From positions 1,952,001-2,016,000 of the forward strand of contig OZ255836.1 of assembly GCA_965277715.1 (NCBI GenBank): 64,000 bases of DNA, given 5' to 3'. Position 1 is the stretch's first letter, and the number at the start of each line of letters is the position of its first letter. A program made the translations under genes and the position numbers. This document shows, piece by piece, positions 52,594 through 63,033 of this stretch. Source of the stretch: Gammaproteobacteria bacterium. GTDB taxonomy: Bacteria > Pseudomonadota > Gammaproteobacteria > JBCCGL01. The notes under the pieces were generated by a model. The model was given only the letters and a program-made list of their open reading frames with translations. It was not told where the DNA came from and made no database searches.

Positions 52594-54447
52594 TTAAATG
52601 GCCAGTTTGTCTATTTTACGGCTACCGTAAATCAGATTGATAATCGCCCGTGTACCAAAGATGGCGGTAAACATCGACGTGACAATACCAATCGACAGCG
52701 TGATCGCAAACCCCTTGATGGGGCCTGTACCAAAGCTAAATAACACAATAGCGGCAATCAAGGTGGTAACGTTGGCATCGGCAATCGTAGCAAAGGCTTT
52801 TGCATAACCGGCGCTGATACCCGATTGGATAGTATTGCCCGTGCGCAACTCCTCGCGGATACGTTCAAAAATCAGCACATTGGCATCAACCGCCATGCCC
52901 ACTGTCAATACGATACCGGCAATGCCCGGCAGCGTCAGCGTGGCCTGTAACATCGACAACACCGCCACAATGAACACCAGGTTGAGTGTCAGCGCAATAT
53001 TCGCAGCGATGCCAAACACTTTGTAATAGACCAGCATAAACACCAGTACCAGTACAAAACCAATCAGCACAGAGTTAAGCCCCTGCTCAATATTGTCTTT
53101 ACCCAGGCTGGGGCCGACGGTGCGCTCCTCGATGATTTCAACCGGCGCTTTCAGCGCACCAGCGCGCAATAACAGCGCAAGATTGCGCGCCTCAGTACTC
53201 TCCAGGCCAGTGGTTTGAAAGCGGTGGCTGAGCACATCGCGGATAGTCGCCGCGTTAATCACCTCTTCGACGAGTTTGCGGGTTTTCACCAGTTCACCAT
53301 CAATACGCTGGGTGTTTGTGCGGTTTTCGATAAAGACAACCGCCATCAGGTTGCCGATATTTTCGGCACTGACTTTCTGCATCCGCTTGGCCCCTTTTCC
53401 ATCCAGGTTGACGTACACAGCAGGCGAACCGGATTGTTGGTCAATACCGGCGGAGGCATCTTCAATCTGATCGCCAGTGACAATCACCCGACGCGACAAC
53501 AATATCGGCGAACCGTCTTCGCGGCGTTTGTACAACCGCGCATTACCGGGCACCCGGCCACTTTCTTCAGCCGCGTACCAATCGGTGGCGGTGCCATGCA
53601 CCATCCGGTATTCCAGTGTCGCGGTCGCACCGAGAATCTGCTTGGCGCGGACAGTATCCTGTATACCGGGTAACTGCACGACGATACGATCCTCACCCTG
53701 ACGCTGCACCACCGGTTCGGCAACACCCAGCTCGTTAACCCGGTTGCGCAGGGTGATTACGTTTTGTTGCAGTGTTGTGGTGCGCTCGCGCTCGGCAGCG
53801 GCCTCGGTCAGGTTCGCCTCAATAAAAAAGGCGTTTTCCTCATCGCGTGCCGTCAGGAGTAAATCGGCATAATCATCCTGCAATTCTTCAAGTGTACTAT
53901 CGCGCAGCGCTGCCGTTTTGAAGCGCACTTCCAATTGATCATTGACGTAACGCACACCGCGATAACGGATTTTTTTCGCTTTCATTGTGGCGCGAAGATC
54001 ATCGGCATAACGCGACTCGGATTGTTTTATCGCCGAGACCATATCCACCTGCATGAGAAAGTGAACACCGCCGCGCAAATCGAGGCCGAGGAACATCGGC
54101 TGTGCAAAGCGACGCAACCATTCGGGGGTAGCCGGTGCCAGGTTCTGCGCGACCAAATAGCGATCATTGAGCGTTTCAGACAGATGGTCGTTGGCTTTAA
54201 GCTGGTCATCGCTGCTGGCAAAACGCAACAGCAACTTACCCTGATCGTTTTCAACCGCTATCGGGGTGACACCCAGCGCATCCAGTTCGGCAGTCACCGT
54301 TTCCTCGATTGCTGTATCGGTTGTACCGGTACGCGCCGACACCTGAACGGCGGGGTCGTCACCATAGATATTCGGTAATGCGTAAAAGATCCCGACGACG
54401 ATAGCCGCTATCAGAAGCAAATATTTCCAGGCGGGGTATTTATTCAC
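52594..54447 (-). CDS. secD: Protein translocase subunit SecD
   Basis: LGLDLRGG, VGPSLG, GMAVDANVLIFERIREE, IKGFA. Confidence 0.97.
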   Translation of the reverse strand: MNKYPAWKYLLLIAAIVVGIFYALPNIYGDDPAVQVSARTGTTDTAIEETVTAELDALGVTPIAVENDQGKLLLRFASSDDQLKANDHLSETLNDRYLVAQNLAPATPEWLRRFAQPMFLGLDLRGGVHFLMQVDMVSAIKQSESRYADDLRATMKAKKIRYRGVRYVNDQLEVRFKTAALRDSTLEELQDDYADLLLTARDEENAFFIEANLTEAAAERERTTTLQQNVITLRNRVNELGVAEPVVQRQGEDRIVVQLPGIQDTVRAKQILGATATLEYRMVHGTATDWYAAEESGRVPGNARLYKRREDGSPILLSRRVIVTGDQIEDASAGIDQQSGSPAVYVNLDGKGAKRMQKVSAENIGNLMAVVFIENRTNTQRIDGELVKTRKLVEEVINAATIRDVLSHRFQTTGLESTEARNLALLLRAGALKAPVEIIEERTVGPSLGKDNIEQGLNSVLIGFVLVLVFMLVYYKVFGIAANIALTLNLVFIVAVLSMLQATLTLPGIAGIVLTVGMAVDANVLIFERIREELRTGNTIQSGISAGYAKAFATIADANVTTLIAAIVLFSFGTGPIKGFAITLSIGIVTSMFTAIFGTRAIINLIYGSRKIDKLAI

Positions 54448-54500
54448 TGGGCTGCCTTTCTCACTGCATAAAGAGGGATTGGAAGTGGATAGCCATATCC

Positions 54501-54830
54501 TTAGAGTTGTTTGATAGTGCCTTTTGGCAGTAAGTTGCCAATTGCATTCTTTTGTAAATTGACCTCGACGTTATCGGCAATTTTCACCCGTATAAAAGCA
54601 TCGCCAATATGCACAATAGCACCGGCAACACCACCGTTGGTGACAATCTCGTCGCCTTTTTTCAGCTCGTCGACCATCTTTTTATGTTCCTTGACACGCT
54701 TTTGTTGCGGGCGGATAAAGACAAAGAAAAACACCGCCAACAAAGCAATGGGCAGTATCAGACCAAACAACCCGCCGCCAGCCGGTGCTGCGCCCTCAGC
54801 CAGTGCGCTCGAAATAAAAAAATCCATCAT
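54501..54830 (-). CDS. yajC: Preprotein translocase subunit YajC
   Basis: FIRPQQKR, LKKGDEIVTNGG, LPKGT. Confidence 0.96.
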   Translation of the reverse strand: MMDFFISSALAEGAAPAGGGLFGLILPIALLAVFFFVFIRPQQKRVKEHKKMVDELKKGDEIVTNGGVAGAIVHIGDAFIRVKIADNVEVNLQKNAIGNLLPKGTIKQL

Positions 54831-55072
54831 CAACCTCACTCTTGATTAGTAGGGGGATTGGCAGCACTCGGTGAGTACCGCCAAAAGCGGCGCATTATGC
54901 CATAGACATAGGGCAAAATCTCAATCATTCAACGCCCCATCTGAGGCACTCTGGTATTGTTATAACGCCCCAAAAGCATAAAATAAAGTGACCTCTAACC
55001 ACTACCTGGTTTATCATTGTCACCCATCATGGGAGCAGCTCCTGTGACTTCTGTTAATCCCAAGGAAAAACC

Positions 55073-55466
55073 ATGCATATAGTAAAAAAAAATCCCACTA
55101 TTTTTTATCCTTATCACCACGGTAATATTCATTGCAAGTTGTAGAACTGCTCCTAATAATATCGAATCATCGCCCATCGCCGCTCAGGATTCAGCATCAT
55201 TGGATGATATTAGCAAAGCCATCAGTACGGCTGGCGTGTCACTCGGTTGGAGAATGAAGCAGGTTGAGCCAGGTAAAATCGATGCCGTTCTGTTTTTGCG
55301 CGATCACTCCGCTGTTGTCAGTATTATTTACGACACCAATGCCTACAGTATCCTGTATAAGGACAGTAGCAACCTCAATTACAGCGGCACCCACATTCAC
55401 AGCAACTATAATGGGTGGGTCAAGAACCTCGATCAAAAAATTGCTGCACACTTAAGTACACTCTAA
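55073..55466 (+). pseudogene. Lipoprotein gene frameshifted at an A9 run
   Basis: RBS AAGGA then ATG 55073. Removing one A from 55084-55092 joins MHIVKK to IPLFFILITTVIFIASC-RTAP...YNGWVKNL. Confidence 0.72.
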
Positions 55467-55543
55467 ATCAGCTATTGACCAAAATATTATTGGTATCTTT
55501 TCATGCAGGGGGGCGTATGCCGCCCCCTATAGTCTCTTAATCT

Positions 55544-56215
55544 GTGCACCTCAAACCCTCACATCTCGGTCTCGACGGCTGGTTTACTTTTTTTCTGTCA
55601 GCTTTGTTACTGCTGCTAACCGCTGGAACCGGGTTAATTTACCTCGGTTATAGGGTTTACACGACAGCAAAGAACACACCCTGTTCGCCAACCCAACAAC
55701 CTTCATTGATTTTACTCACTGGTGCTGCCTTGCGTAACAATCAAATACAAGCCAATTACCGGTGCAGATTAGAACGGTGCCTGAAGGTCATCAATCGTGA
55801 ACAACCACAGTCGGTAATATTATTGGGTGGGTACACACGGGGCAATACCCTCAGCGAAGCACAGGCAGGCAAAGCATTCCTGCAACAGCATGGCGTTGCT
55901 ACAAAGACGATACTGACGGAAGAGCACTCACAACACACACTGGAAAATTTTCAATTTGCCCGCGATATGCCTATATTGAAAAACCAGCCCGCGCTATTAC
56001 TAATCAGCAGTAGAACCCACTTGCACCGCTGTAGCGTATTTGCCCAGAGCCTGGGCCTGGCCGTGACCTTATGTGCTGCCGAGGTGGCGTTAAAGGTAAC
56101 GCGCCCGCTGTTTTTTAATTTATTGCTCGAAAGCTTATACCTACACTGGTTTTACACTGGAAGAGCCTGGAGCCAACTCACCTGCAACCGACACAGCCTA
56201 AAGCGCATTAGTTAA
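55544..56215 (+). CDS. YdcF/DUF218 family protein
   Basis: LLGG, SEA, EEHSQHTLEN, ISSRTHLHR. Confidence 0.85.
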   Translation: MHLKPSHLGLDGWFTFFLSALLLLLTAGTGLIYLGYRVYTTAKNTPCSPTQQPSLILLTGAALRNNQIQANYRCRLERCLKVINREQPQSVILLGGYTRGNTLSEAQAGKAFLQQHGVATKTILTEEHSQHTLENFQFARDMPILKNQPALLLISSRTHLHRCSVFAQSLGLAVTLCAAEVALKVTRPLFFNLLLESLYLHWFYTGRAWSQLTCNRHSLKRIS

Positions 56216-56994
56216 TCGGTCTCACTACCGGCCCACCGGATCTTCTCTAACAGACTGCGCCGCAAACCACTCAAATGCCCCTTTTTTTGATACAGCCTAT
56301 TGGCGACCATTTTGACAATTGCACGGGTATCCTGAAAGGGTTTGTAATGACTGGCCCGCCCACTTTCAGGGTACACAGAATATATCGGCACAGCGACACA
56401 GCCAATGCCCAACCAAACAGCGTCGATAAGTATCTCACTTTCAAAAACAAAATTGCGCCCACAACCGACAGGGGCAGAAGACCGGTCAAACAGGGCTGCC
56501 GGGTATAAACGGAACCCCGATTGTGAATCATATACCCTCACACCGGCAGCCCAACCGACCCAAAAATCTGCGATCCGATTGGCAATACGCCGTATAAGTG
56601 GTGCGCTGCGCCGATCGTGATGGCGTGCTGCGATGATGATGTCATCTGGGTGATTGCGATGGGCCGCAAGCAATGACCCGATATCCGCTGGGTTGTGTTG
56701 CCCATCACCGTCGAGCGTAATAATAGCGCCTACCCCGTGCTCGAGCGCACGCTGGATGCCTGTCCATAGCGCTGCCGCTTTCCCCTGGTTTTGAGCGTGT
56801 TGTTGGATCTCTACTCCCAGCCCGGCCACACCCAACCCGGATAGCGCCCCAACGGTTCCATCGGTAGAGGCATCGTCGACTACAATGACTTTGTCGATAT
56901 ACTGGCAGGCATTTTTAACGACATCAGCAATTGTCGCCACCTCATTAAAAGCGGGGATCACTACAGCGAACTGAACAGCATTGGGTAAGCTCAC
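56212..56994 (-). CDS. Glycosyltransferase family 2
   Basis: VIPAFNE, VVDDASTDGT, DGDGQH, DSQSGFRLYP, FESE. Confidence 0.92.
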   Translation of the reverse strand: MSLPNAVQFAVVIPAFNEVATIADVVKNACQYIDKVIVVDDASTDGTVGALSGLGVAGLGVEIQQHAQNQGKAAALWTGIQRALEHGVGAIITLDGDGQHNPADIGSLLAAHRNHPDDIIIAARHHDRRSAPLIRRIANRIADFWVGWAAGVRVYDSQSGFRLYPAALFDRSSAPVGCGRNFVFESEILIDAVWLGIGCVAVPIYSVYPESGRASHYKPFQDTRAIVKMVANRLYQKKGHLSGLRRSLLEKIRWAGSETD

Positions 56995-57713
56995 TAGGCC
57001 ATTGCTCCATTCACTGAGATAACCTGGCCACTAATGTAGCCCGCCGCATCTGAGGCGAGGAAATCCACGGTGGCCGCGACTTCGTCTGCACGACCGGCGC
57101 GTTGCATTGGCACCCATTGTTTTATCTGGGCCTCAGAAAACAACCCCTCGGTCATCTCACTTTCGATGATACCGGGCGCCACAACATTCACCGTAATACC
57201 ACGCGATGCGAGTTCTATTGCCAGTGATTTACTCGCGCCATGCAACGCCGATTTTGCCGCCGCATAATTCACCTGGCCACGATTACCGGTAATCGCGGCA
57301 ACCGATGAGATACTGATCACCCTGCCCCAGCGCGTGCGCATCATCGGCATGGTCAGATACCGGGTAACATTGAAAAAACCGTTCAGCGATACATCGATCA
57401 CACTGAGCCAATCCTGTTTGGGCATACCGGCAAAGGGAACATCTTTATGAATACCGGCATTGTTGACGAGAATCTGGATAGCGCCAGCCTCCAATACACG
57501 ACCGAGCACCGCTTCAGTCGCCGTGGCATCGGTCACATCGAACACCGCTGACTCCGCCGATAGGCTCTGCTCCTTCAAGGTTGCAACAATACTTTCAGCC
57601 GCCTGCGGGCGACTGTTGGCGTGAACAATAACGTGACAACCTGCCAATGCAAGCCGCCTGCAGATAGCTTCGCCTATTGACCCACTCCCCCCTGTTACCA
57701 ATGCGCGTTTCAT
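56994..57713 (-). CDS. fabG: 3-oxoacyl-ACP reductase (cluster-specific FabG)
   Basis: TGGSGSIG, NNAG, GQVNYAAAK, YISGQVISVNG. Start at ATG 57713. Confidence 0.92.
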   Translation of the reverse strand: MKRALVTGGSGSIGEAICRRLALAGCHVIVHANSRPQAAESIVATLKEQSLSAESAVFDVTDATATEAVLGRVLEAGAIQILVNNAGIHKDVPFAGMPKQDWLSVIDVSLNGFFNVTRYLTMPMMRTRWGRVISISSVAAITGNRGQVNYAAAKSALHGASKSLAIELASRGITVNVVAPGIIESEMTEGLFSEAQIKQWVPMQRAGRADEVAATVDFLASDAAGYISGQVISVNGAMA

Positions 57714-58150
57714 ATTATTGGTTGACTCTCTATTACAGTGATACGGCCACAGCCTATTTCGCCACGCTCTGCCCAGGAGCGAAACTGATACAACATTGAA
57801 CCGCACTGTCGAACCAGTGGTTCGGCGCATAAATAAAGCGTTTGTCGAATGTCATCGAGCCTGTTGACCTTGAGTTGCACTTCTTTTACACCGGCAAGAT
57901 AACCTGGAGCCAGCGCCTTACCTTCTACTCTGGCCAGTAAAGCGCCATGTATTGCCATCGATTGTGCGGCGTATTCTACCAAATGAATAGCACTGAGCTG
58001 TGCCCCGGATCGCAACGGGTTATTACTGGCGAAGTGGCTAACGGCGGTACATTGTATGCTATCGCTGTCCCATTCAAGTACGCGGTCGAGCAGGCACATT
58101 AAGCCACTGTGGGGAATAAGTGGTTCAAATTCGTCGCGTTCAATCATCAT
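57710..58150 (-). CDS. Hotdog-fold dehydratase-like protein
   Basis: LIPHSGLMCLLD, EYAAQSMAIHG, GYLAGV. Confidence 0.85.
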   Translation of the reverse strand: MMIERDEFEPLIPHSGLMCLLDRVLEWDSDSIQCTAVSHFASNNPLRSGAQLSAIHLVEYAAQSMAIHGALLARVEGKALAPGYLAGVKEVQLKVNRLDDIRQTLYLCAEPLVRQCGSMLYQFRSWAERGEIGCGRITVIESQPII

Positions 58151-58160
58151 TAAAACGATA

Positions 58161-58940
58161 TCACCGTCGACTAACCTGCAGGGTCATTCCGTTAACATAG
58201 GCCAGTACAGCGGCATTATTGTTGTTATTGGTACTCAATAACGTCAGAAACGGCAACGCACGCATCGCCGGATTTTCCAGTCGAAGCGCTTCCAAACCCA
58301 CCTGGGAACAGCGTGTTTCAGGCAATGCTTCGGGGGTAAGTTGCAACTGCCAACAACATTCGTCAGCGCTCAACAACAGGGCGACAGCACCGCCACTGAG
58401 CAGCGTGGTTGCCGGGCCAAGTGGCGCTGAGGGTGGCCATTCAAAGCAAACCAGCAAGACACTCCCCGCGCCGGTTTGCAGCATAGTCACAGCGTCCAGC
58501 AAACCGGCAGAAAAACTCGCACCACCGGCGGTAATACTACTGGTTGGCACACGCTGCCCGGTGGCAATGCTCCAGTAACCACTGGCGGCATTGTGTACCG
58601 AGTTATGAAAATCAGTCGGTGAGACCGGGTGGCCCGGTAGCCGCGCCGCTGTGCATATTTTATGCGCCATCTGCAAATCTGAACTGGATGAGGAAAAAAC
58701 CGCACCCGCTAACGGTGGTTGCTCATCCGCTATGGGCATAGCCTCTTCAGCCGCCATTAAGCACAACTTTACCATTGGCGAAACGCGTCGGCGCTCATTA
58801 GCCGGTAACAATGCAGGCACCGGCTTCTGCAAAGGCGCCGAGTTATACTGCCGTTCACCCCGCAGCACGGCCAGCGCAGCCTGCCAGGACGGCAAACCAG
58901 GCGCAATAAAACCAATACCACCAATACCAAACTCAAACAT
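58161..58940 (-). CDS. Ketosynthase chain-length-factor-like protein
   Basis: LLPANERRR, SPTDFHNSVHNAASGYW, NPAMRALP. Confidence 0.88.
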   Translation of the reverse strand: MFEFGIGGIGFIAPGLPSWQAALAVLRGERQYNSAPLQKPVPALLPANERRRVSPMVKLCLMAAEEAMPIADEQPPLAGAVFSSSSSDLQMAHKICTAARLPGHPVSPTDFHNSVHNAASGYWSIATGQRVPTSSITAGGASFSAGLLDAVTMLQTGAGSVLLVCFEWPPSAPLGPATTLLSGGAVALLLSADECCWQLQLTPEALPETRCSQVGLEALRLENPAMRALPFLTLLSTNNNNNAAVLAYVNGMTLQVSRR

Positions 58941-60120
58941 AGCAACACCCAAATAGCAGACTACAATTGGTGCCACCAAACCCAAAGGAATTGCTCAATA
59001 CCCTGCGTATTGGCGCCAACCGGTTATCGCGCACAACGTGGCTGCGAAACACAGGGTCAACCTGCTGCGTGTTAAGGCTGCCCGGTATCAGCCCCCGCTG
59101 TAAACACAACGCGCTGATCACCGCTTCAACGATACCGGCAGCACCCAGGGTATGCCCGGTCCATCCCTTGGTTGAACTGCACGGGGTTTTATTGGCAAAC
59201 ACCTTGGCCACCGCCCTATCCTCGGCGAGATCATTCGCCTGAGTGGCCGTACCGTGCAGGTTGATATAGTCGATATCATCCGCATTCACTCGCGCCGATT
59301 TAAGCGCATTCGATATTGCCATAACCGCCCCCAACCCCTGCGGATGGGGCGTTGACATATGGTAGGCATCGCTACTCTCGCCCACTCCCAGCAAAGCAAT
59401 ATCGGCGGGCGCATCTGCCTGGCGTTGTAGCAACGCAAACCCGGCGGCTTCGCCAATCGAAATACCATCGCGGTTTTGATCAAACGGCCTGCAGGGTTGT
59501 GCCGAAACCAATTGCAACGAATTAAAACCATATAAGGTAGTCAGGCAAAGGCTGTCGACCCCCCCTACTAAAACTGCATCGCACAAATTGGCGTGTAAAT
59601 ACCGCGCAGCGACAGCAAATACTTTGGCGCTCGACGAACACGCAGTGGAAATAACCATCGATGGCCCCGCCAGGCCCAATAAGGTACATAGGAAGTCAGC
59701 CAGCGAGTAGCTATTGTGTGTGCCAATAAAATGGTAAGTATCCGGTAGTTGCCCACCGGGTTCTGTATGCCGGTAAGCCAGCTCAGTTTCATGCACACCC
59801 GATGTGCTGGTACCGACAATAACGGCAACCCGGTTTGCACCATAGCGACTTTTCACGGCGGCCAGCGACGCAGTAAAATCATCCTGCTCCAGGCCGAGCA
59901 TGGCGAGTTGATTATTCCGGCAGGTATAGCGGGACAGCGGTGTAGGCAGTGTGACATCCTCCACACCCGCCACCCGGCCAATCCATGTAGTGAGCGGGCA
60001 TTGATCAAAATCGTTTTGGCGCAGGCCACTACCGCCTGCCAGCAGTGCCTCAAATGTACATTGCACACCCGCTCCCAGCGCGCTGCTCACCGTGTGTGCG
60101 GTTATTGAAATGGGGGTCAT
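58933..60120 (-). CDS. Beta-ketoacyl-ACP synthase
   Basis: STACSSS, YHMSTPHP, LHGTAT, GHTLGAAG, SNSFGFGG. Confidence 0.94.
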   Translation of the reverse strand: MTPISITAHTVSSALGAGVQCTFEALLAGGSGLRQNDFDQCPLTTWIGRVAGVEDVTLPTPLSRYTCRNNQLAMLGLEQDDFTASLAAVKSRYGANRVAVIVGTSTSGVHETELAYRHTEPGGQLPDTYHFIGTHNSYSLADFLCTLLGLAGPSMVISTACSSSAKVFAVAARYLHANLCDAVLVGGVDSLCLTTLYGFNSLQLVSAQPCRPFDQNRDGISIGEAAGFALLQRQADAPADIALLGVGESSDAYHMSTPHPQGLGAVMAISNALKSARVNADDIDYINLHGTATQANDLAEDRAVAKVFANKTPCSSTKGWTGHTLGAAGIVEAVISALCLQRGLIPGSLNTQQVDPVFRSHVVRDNRLAPIRRVLSNSFGFGGTNCSLLFGCCYV

Positions 60121-60129
60121 AGTGCTACT

Positions 60130-62439
60130 TTATTCAGTCAAACGTGAAGATAGTGGATTATTGGAACGCGAAAATATACCGCCGAGTATAAAACAGGCGA
60201 GAACACCCACCGACACCGTAATGCCGATAGCACGGATAACCGGCACCTCCGAACACGCCAGTAAAGCGAACACCACTACCGTGGAGACACAACAGATAAA
60301 CAGCGAATGCAGTGTATTTGCATCAAACTCACGCCGTGTAAAAAACAGTGCATAATCAAGCCCTATACCCAGCACCAACAGGAGTGCCACTAAATGGAAG
60401 ACAGAAAACAACACCCCACATAAATGCAGGATGAATACATCAACGGACAAAGCCAGAAAACCAATCAACACAACCCGCAATACACGCTGCCAATCGCGTA
60501 ACGCCAGCAATAATGAAGCAGCGATAATCATCGCAACCCAGACTAATTGCCAGGCGGCCGTCTGCATATAATCACCTAGCATCGATGCACTTGTCTGTGA
60601 AAGATTTACATATTCGACATTCGATACTCCACTTTTGGCCAAAGCCTTACGCAGAGCAATACTGTCATCGACCTTAGACAAGGTCACTACCCCCACCCAT
60701 TTACCGTTATGGGGAAACAACAAACCATCAATATGGGCTTGCAATGGGCTTTCAATCGCAGCGAAATAGTCAATTGGTTTTATACTTTTTGTTTTTTCAA
60801 CATCCTTAATAAACGGCTGAAACGCCGAGACGCGAAGTGGTAACCCCCGCACTGCCTGTTGTATAGATTGCTCAACATCGATTGCCTCCGGCATACTATT
60901 CTGGCGTTGTCGCTGGGTTTGCAGGCTCGGTAAATAGCGGCTGATGAGATTGTAACCGCCCAGCAAACCATCGCGATGCCAGCCGTCGAGATGTGCTGTT
61001 AAGGCTTCCTGGGTTTGCAAAACCTGCTCTGGGCTGTCGCCCTTAACAAGCAATAATTCTGACACCTCGGGCACCTGCAGGTCATCGCGCAAAGCGCGAT
61101 CCAGTGCCAGGCTCTGTTGTGGGATCACACTCATTGCAACAAGCCGATCCTCAAGCCACGGCTTGTTCGCAGCAATAGCGACAACACCGATAAAAGCAAC
61201 CCCTATTAATGTCAGTAACGGGGCATAATCAGGCAACTTAATAGATCTGAACCGGCCCGTTCCAGTATATGACAGCGCCAACAACGGCACAGGCAACGCG
61301 GGCAACAAGTAACGGGTAGACAAAGCGCCAGCACTCAAACCTATGATTGAAAATACCGCCAATTGTGACAAGCCATCAAACTCAGTCAGGGTAAACGCCA
61401 GATAGCCCAATACCGTTGTTACCAGGCCAATGCGCATTGTCGGCCAAATCTTACGCATCGTTTCACCGGGCATCGTGTTGCGCAGATGGCTGAAAAAGTG
61501 AATGGGGTAATCGAGTGTGACGCCCAGTAAGGTAACCCCAAACGCCAGTGTCACACCGTGCAGTGTATCGAAGATCACACTGCACCCCGCCACAGCGATT
61601 AATATTGCCATCATCAATGGCAAACCCGCCAACAGTGCGTGCCGTAACGAACGATAAGCCCAGGCGAGCAACAGCAACAAGGCGATACCTGCGATAAGCG
61701 AGTAACGCTGTGCATCGGCGCTTATACGCTGTTTTACATCCAACGCAAACAGGGCCGGTCCCGAGATTACCAAACGCAACCCCGCTTGCGAATACACCGA
61801 AAAAGCCTGGCGGATTGCATCGATAACCACCGCTTGCGCATCGACATCGTACCCTGCTGCACGCGTTTCAATCACCATAAGTGACCGCGTTGAGTCTTTG
61901 TTAACCCACACACCCTGCGCTGTTAACGGTCTGGATTGTGGCGCCCAACTGCGCAGGATTTGCAAAGATGCCAGCGCCGGATCCTGGGTAATCTGTCGCG
62001 CAGTCACAGGGCTGATACCTGAGCGGATCTCGAGTAATCGCGCTTCAAGTGCGGTGCGCAACCCCGCCGCGCTCAAACTATCTGATGCCCCAGCCCAAAG
62101 CAGGTAGCGATAGTCCATTATCCACTGAAGCAGTGCAGAAGCGTGCTGCAACTCGCCGTTCCCGACACTGACAATGCCTTCCATTGTGCGTAAATACCGG
62201 GCAAATTGTTTATTGGTATCGATTAACTTATTTTGCTCACCCCCCTCTATCGCGAGCAACAATAAACGGGTTGTAGCGCCTTGCGTCAATTGTTGCAGCA
62301 GCAGTTGCTGTTGACTGCTTTTAGCTTTGGGTAAAAAGGCGCTGATATCAGATGTTGTCGTCAGGTTAGTGGCAATAGTGCCCAGCGCACCGATTGCAAA
62401 TAGCAACCAAAAACCGATGATCAATAGGCGTCTTTGCAC
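60130..62439 (-). CDS. MMPL/RND-like exporter of aryl-polyene-type clusters
   Basis: Two membrane bundles with large loops; TLAFG.TL.GV..DYP and LGIGLDYALF. Confidence 0.88.
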   Translation of the reverse strand: MQRRLLIIGFWLLFAIGALGTIATNLTTTSDISAFLPKAKSSQQQLLLQQLTQGATTRLLLLAIEGGEQNKLIDTNKQFARYLRTMEGIVSVGNGELQHASALLQWIMDYRYLLWAGASDSLSAAGLRTALEARLLEIRSGISPVTARQITQDPALASLQILRSWAPQSRPLTAQGVWVNKDSTRSLMVIETRAAGYDVDAQAVVIDAIRQAFSVYSQAGLRLVISGPALFALDVKQRISADAQRYSLIAGIALLLLLAWAYRSLRHALLAGLPLMMAILIAVAGCSVIFDTLHGVTLAFGVTLLGVTLDYPIHFFSHLRNTMPGETMRKIWPTMRIGLVTTVLGYLAFTLTEFDGLSQLAVFSIIGLSAGALSTRYLLPALPVPLLALSYTGTGRFRSIKLPDYAPLLTLIGVAFIGVVAIAANKPWLEDRLVAMSVIPQQSLALDRALRDDLQVPEVSELLLVKGDSPEQVLQTQEALTAHLDGWHRDGLLGGYNLISRYLPSLQTQRQRQNSMPEAIDVEQSIQQAVRGLPLRVSAFQPFIKDVEKTKSIKPIDYFAAIESPLQAHIDGLLFPHNGKWVGVVTLSKVDDSIALRKALAKSGVSNVEYVNLSQTSASMLGDYMQTAAWQLVWVAMIIAASLLLALRDWQRVLRVVLIGFLALSVDVFILHLCGVLFSVFHLVALLLVLGIGLDYALFFTRREFDANTLHSLFICCVSTVVVFALLACSEVPVIRAIGITVSVGVLACFILGGIFSRSNNPLSSRLTE

Positions 62440-63033
62440 CTAGTGTGTGCTCGAACGCGTTTCAATAATGCGCAACACCACTGTATCACCAGACACTTTT
62501 TCGATTGAGATACGCGATATATCAACACCGCTACCCACAAATGCCACCGTACTAATTGCACTGTTTTGCAGTGGCCGCAACGAGAGCGACCAAAGCGGTA
62601 ACTCACCTGTCACATTTACCTGATAATGCTTTTTAAGCAGTGCTTCATCGCCTGATAGAAAAGCGCGGATGCCCTGTAAATACCCGGCAACATCAGGGTA
62701 ATCGGCGGGTCTGATGAGGTGTAGTTTTCCGCCACGGGCAATCCTCACGTCGGTAGCACGCGCTTCGATATGCAAAGACACGGGGGCACTGATATCGAGA
62801 AACAGCACATCGGGTGCGGTGTAGTGCAGGGAACCGCTACTCAGCAACGGCTCTGTCAACAGATCAGATGTCACTGCCTGTTCAAACCGGGCGCTGGTTT
62901 CAGTAACAGCACTGCGCGCCTGTAATAGTTGCGCCAGTACCGCTGCGTCCGCACTACTGACAATGCTAAACATCAATAAAACACCCGCACATACCAGCCG
63001 GTAGAGCAACAATACGCCGTTATGTTTTTTCAT
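62440..63033 (-). CDS. LolA-like carrier protein
   Basis: Signal peptide, ARFEQ..LLTEPLLSSGSL.Y.AP, WSLSLRP, GD...L. Confidence 0.82.
   Translation of the reverse strand: MKKHNGVLLLYRLVCAGVLLMFSIVSSADAAVLAQLLQARSAVTETSARFEQAVTSDLLTEPLLSSGSLHYTAPDVLFLDISAPVSLHIEARATDVRIARGGKLHLIRPADYPDVAGYLQGIRAFLSGDEALLKKHYQVNVTGELPLWSLSLRPLQNSAISTVAFVGSGVDISRISIEKVSGDTVVLRIIETRSSTH

Noticed and set aside
54858-54884. CIRCE element upstream of yajC
   Set aside because: It contains GCACTC/GAGT but the spacer is 3 nt rather than 9 and the arms differ from TTAGCACTC.
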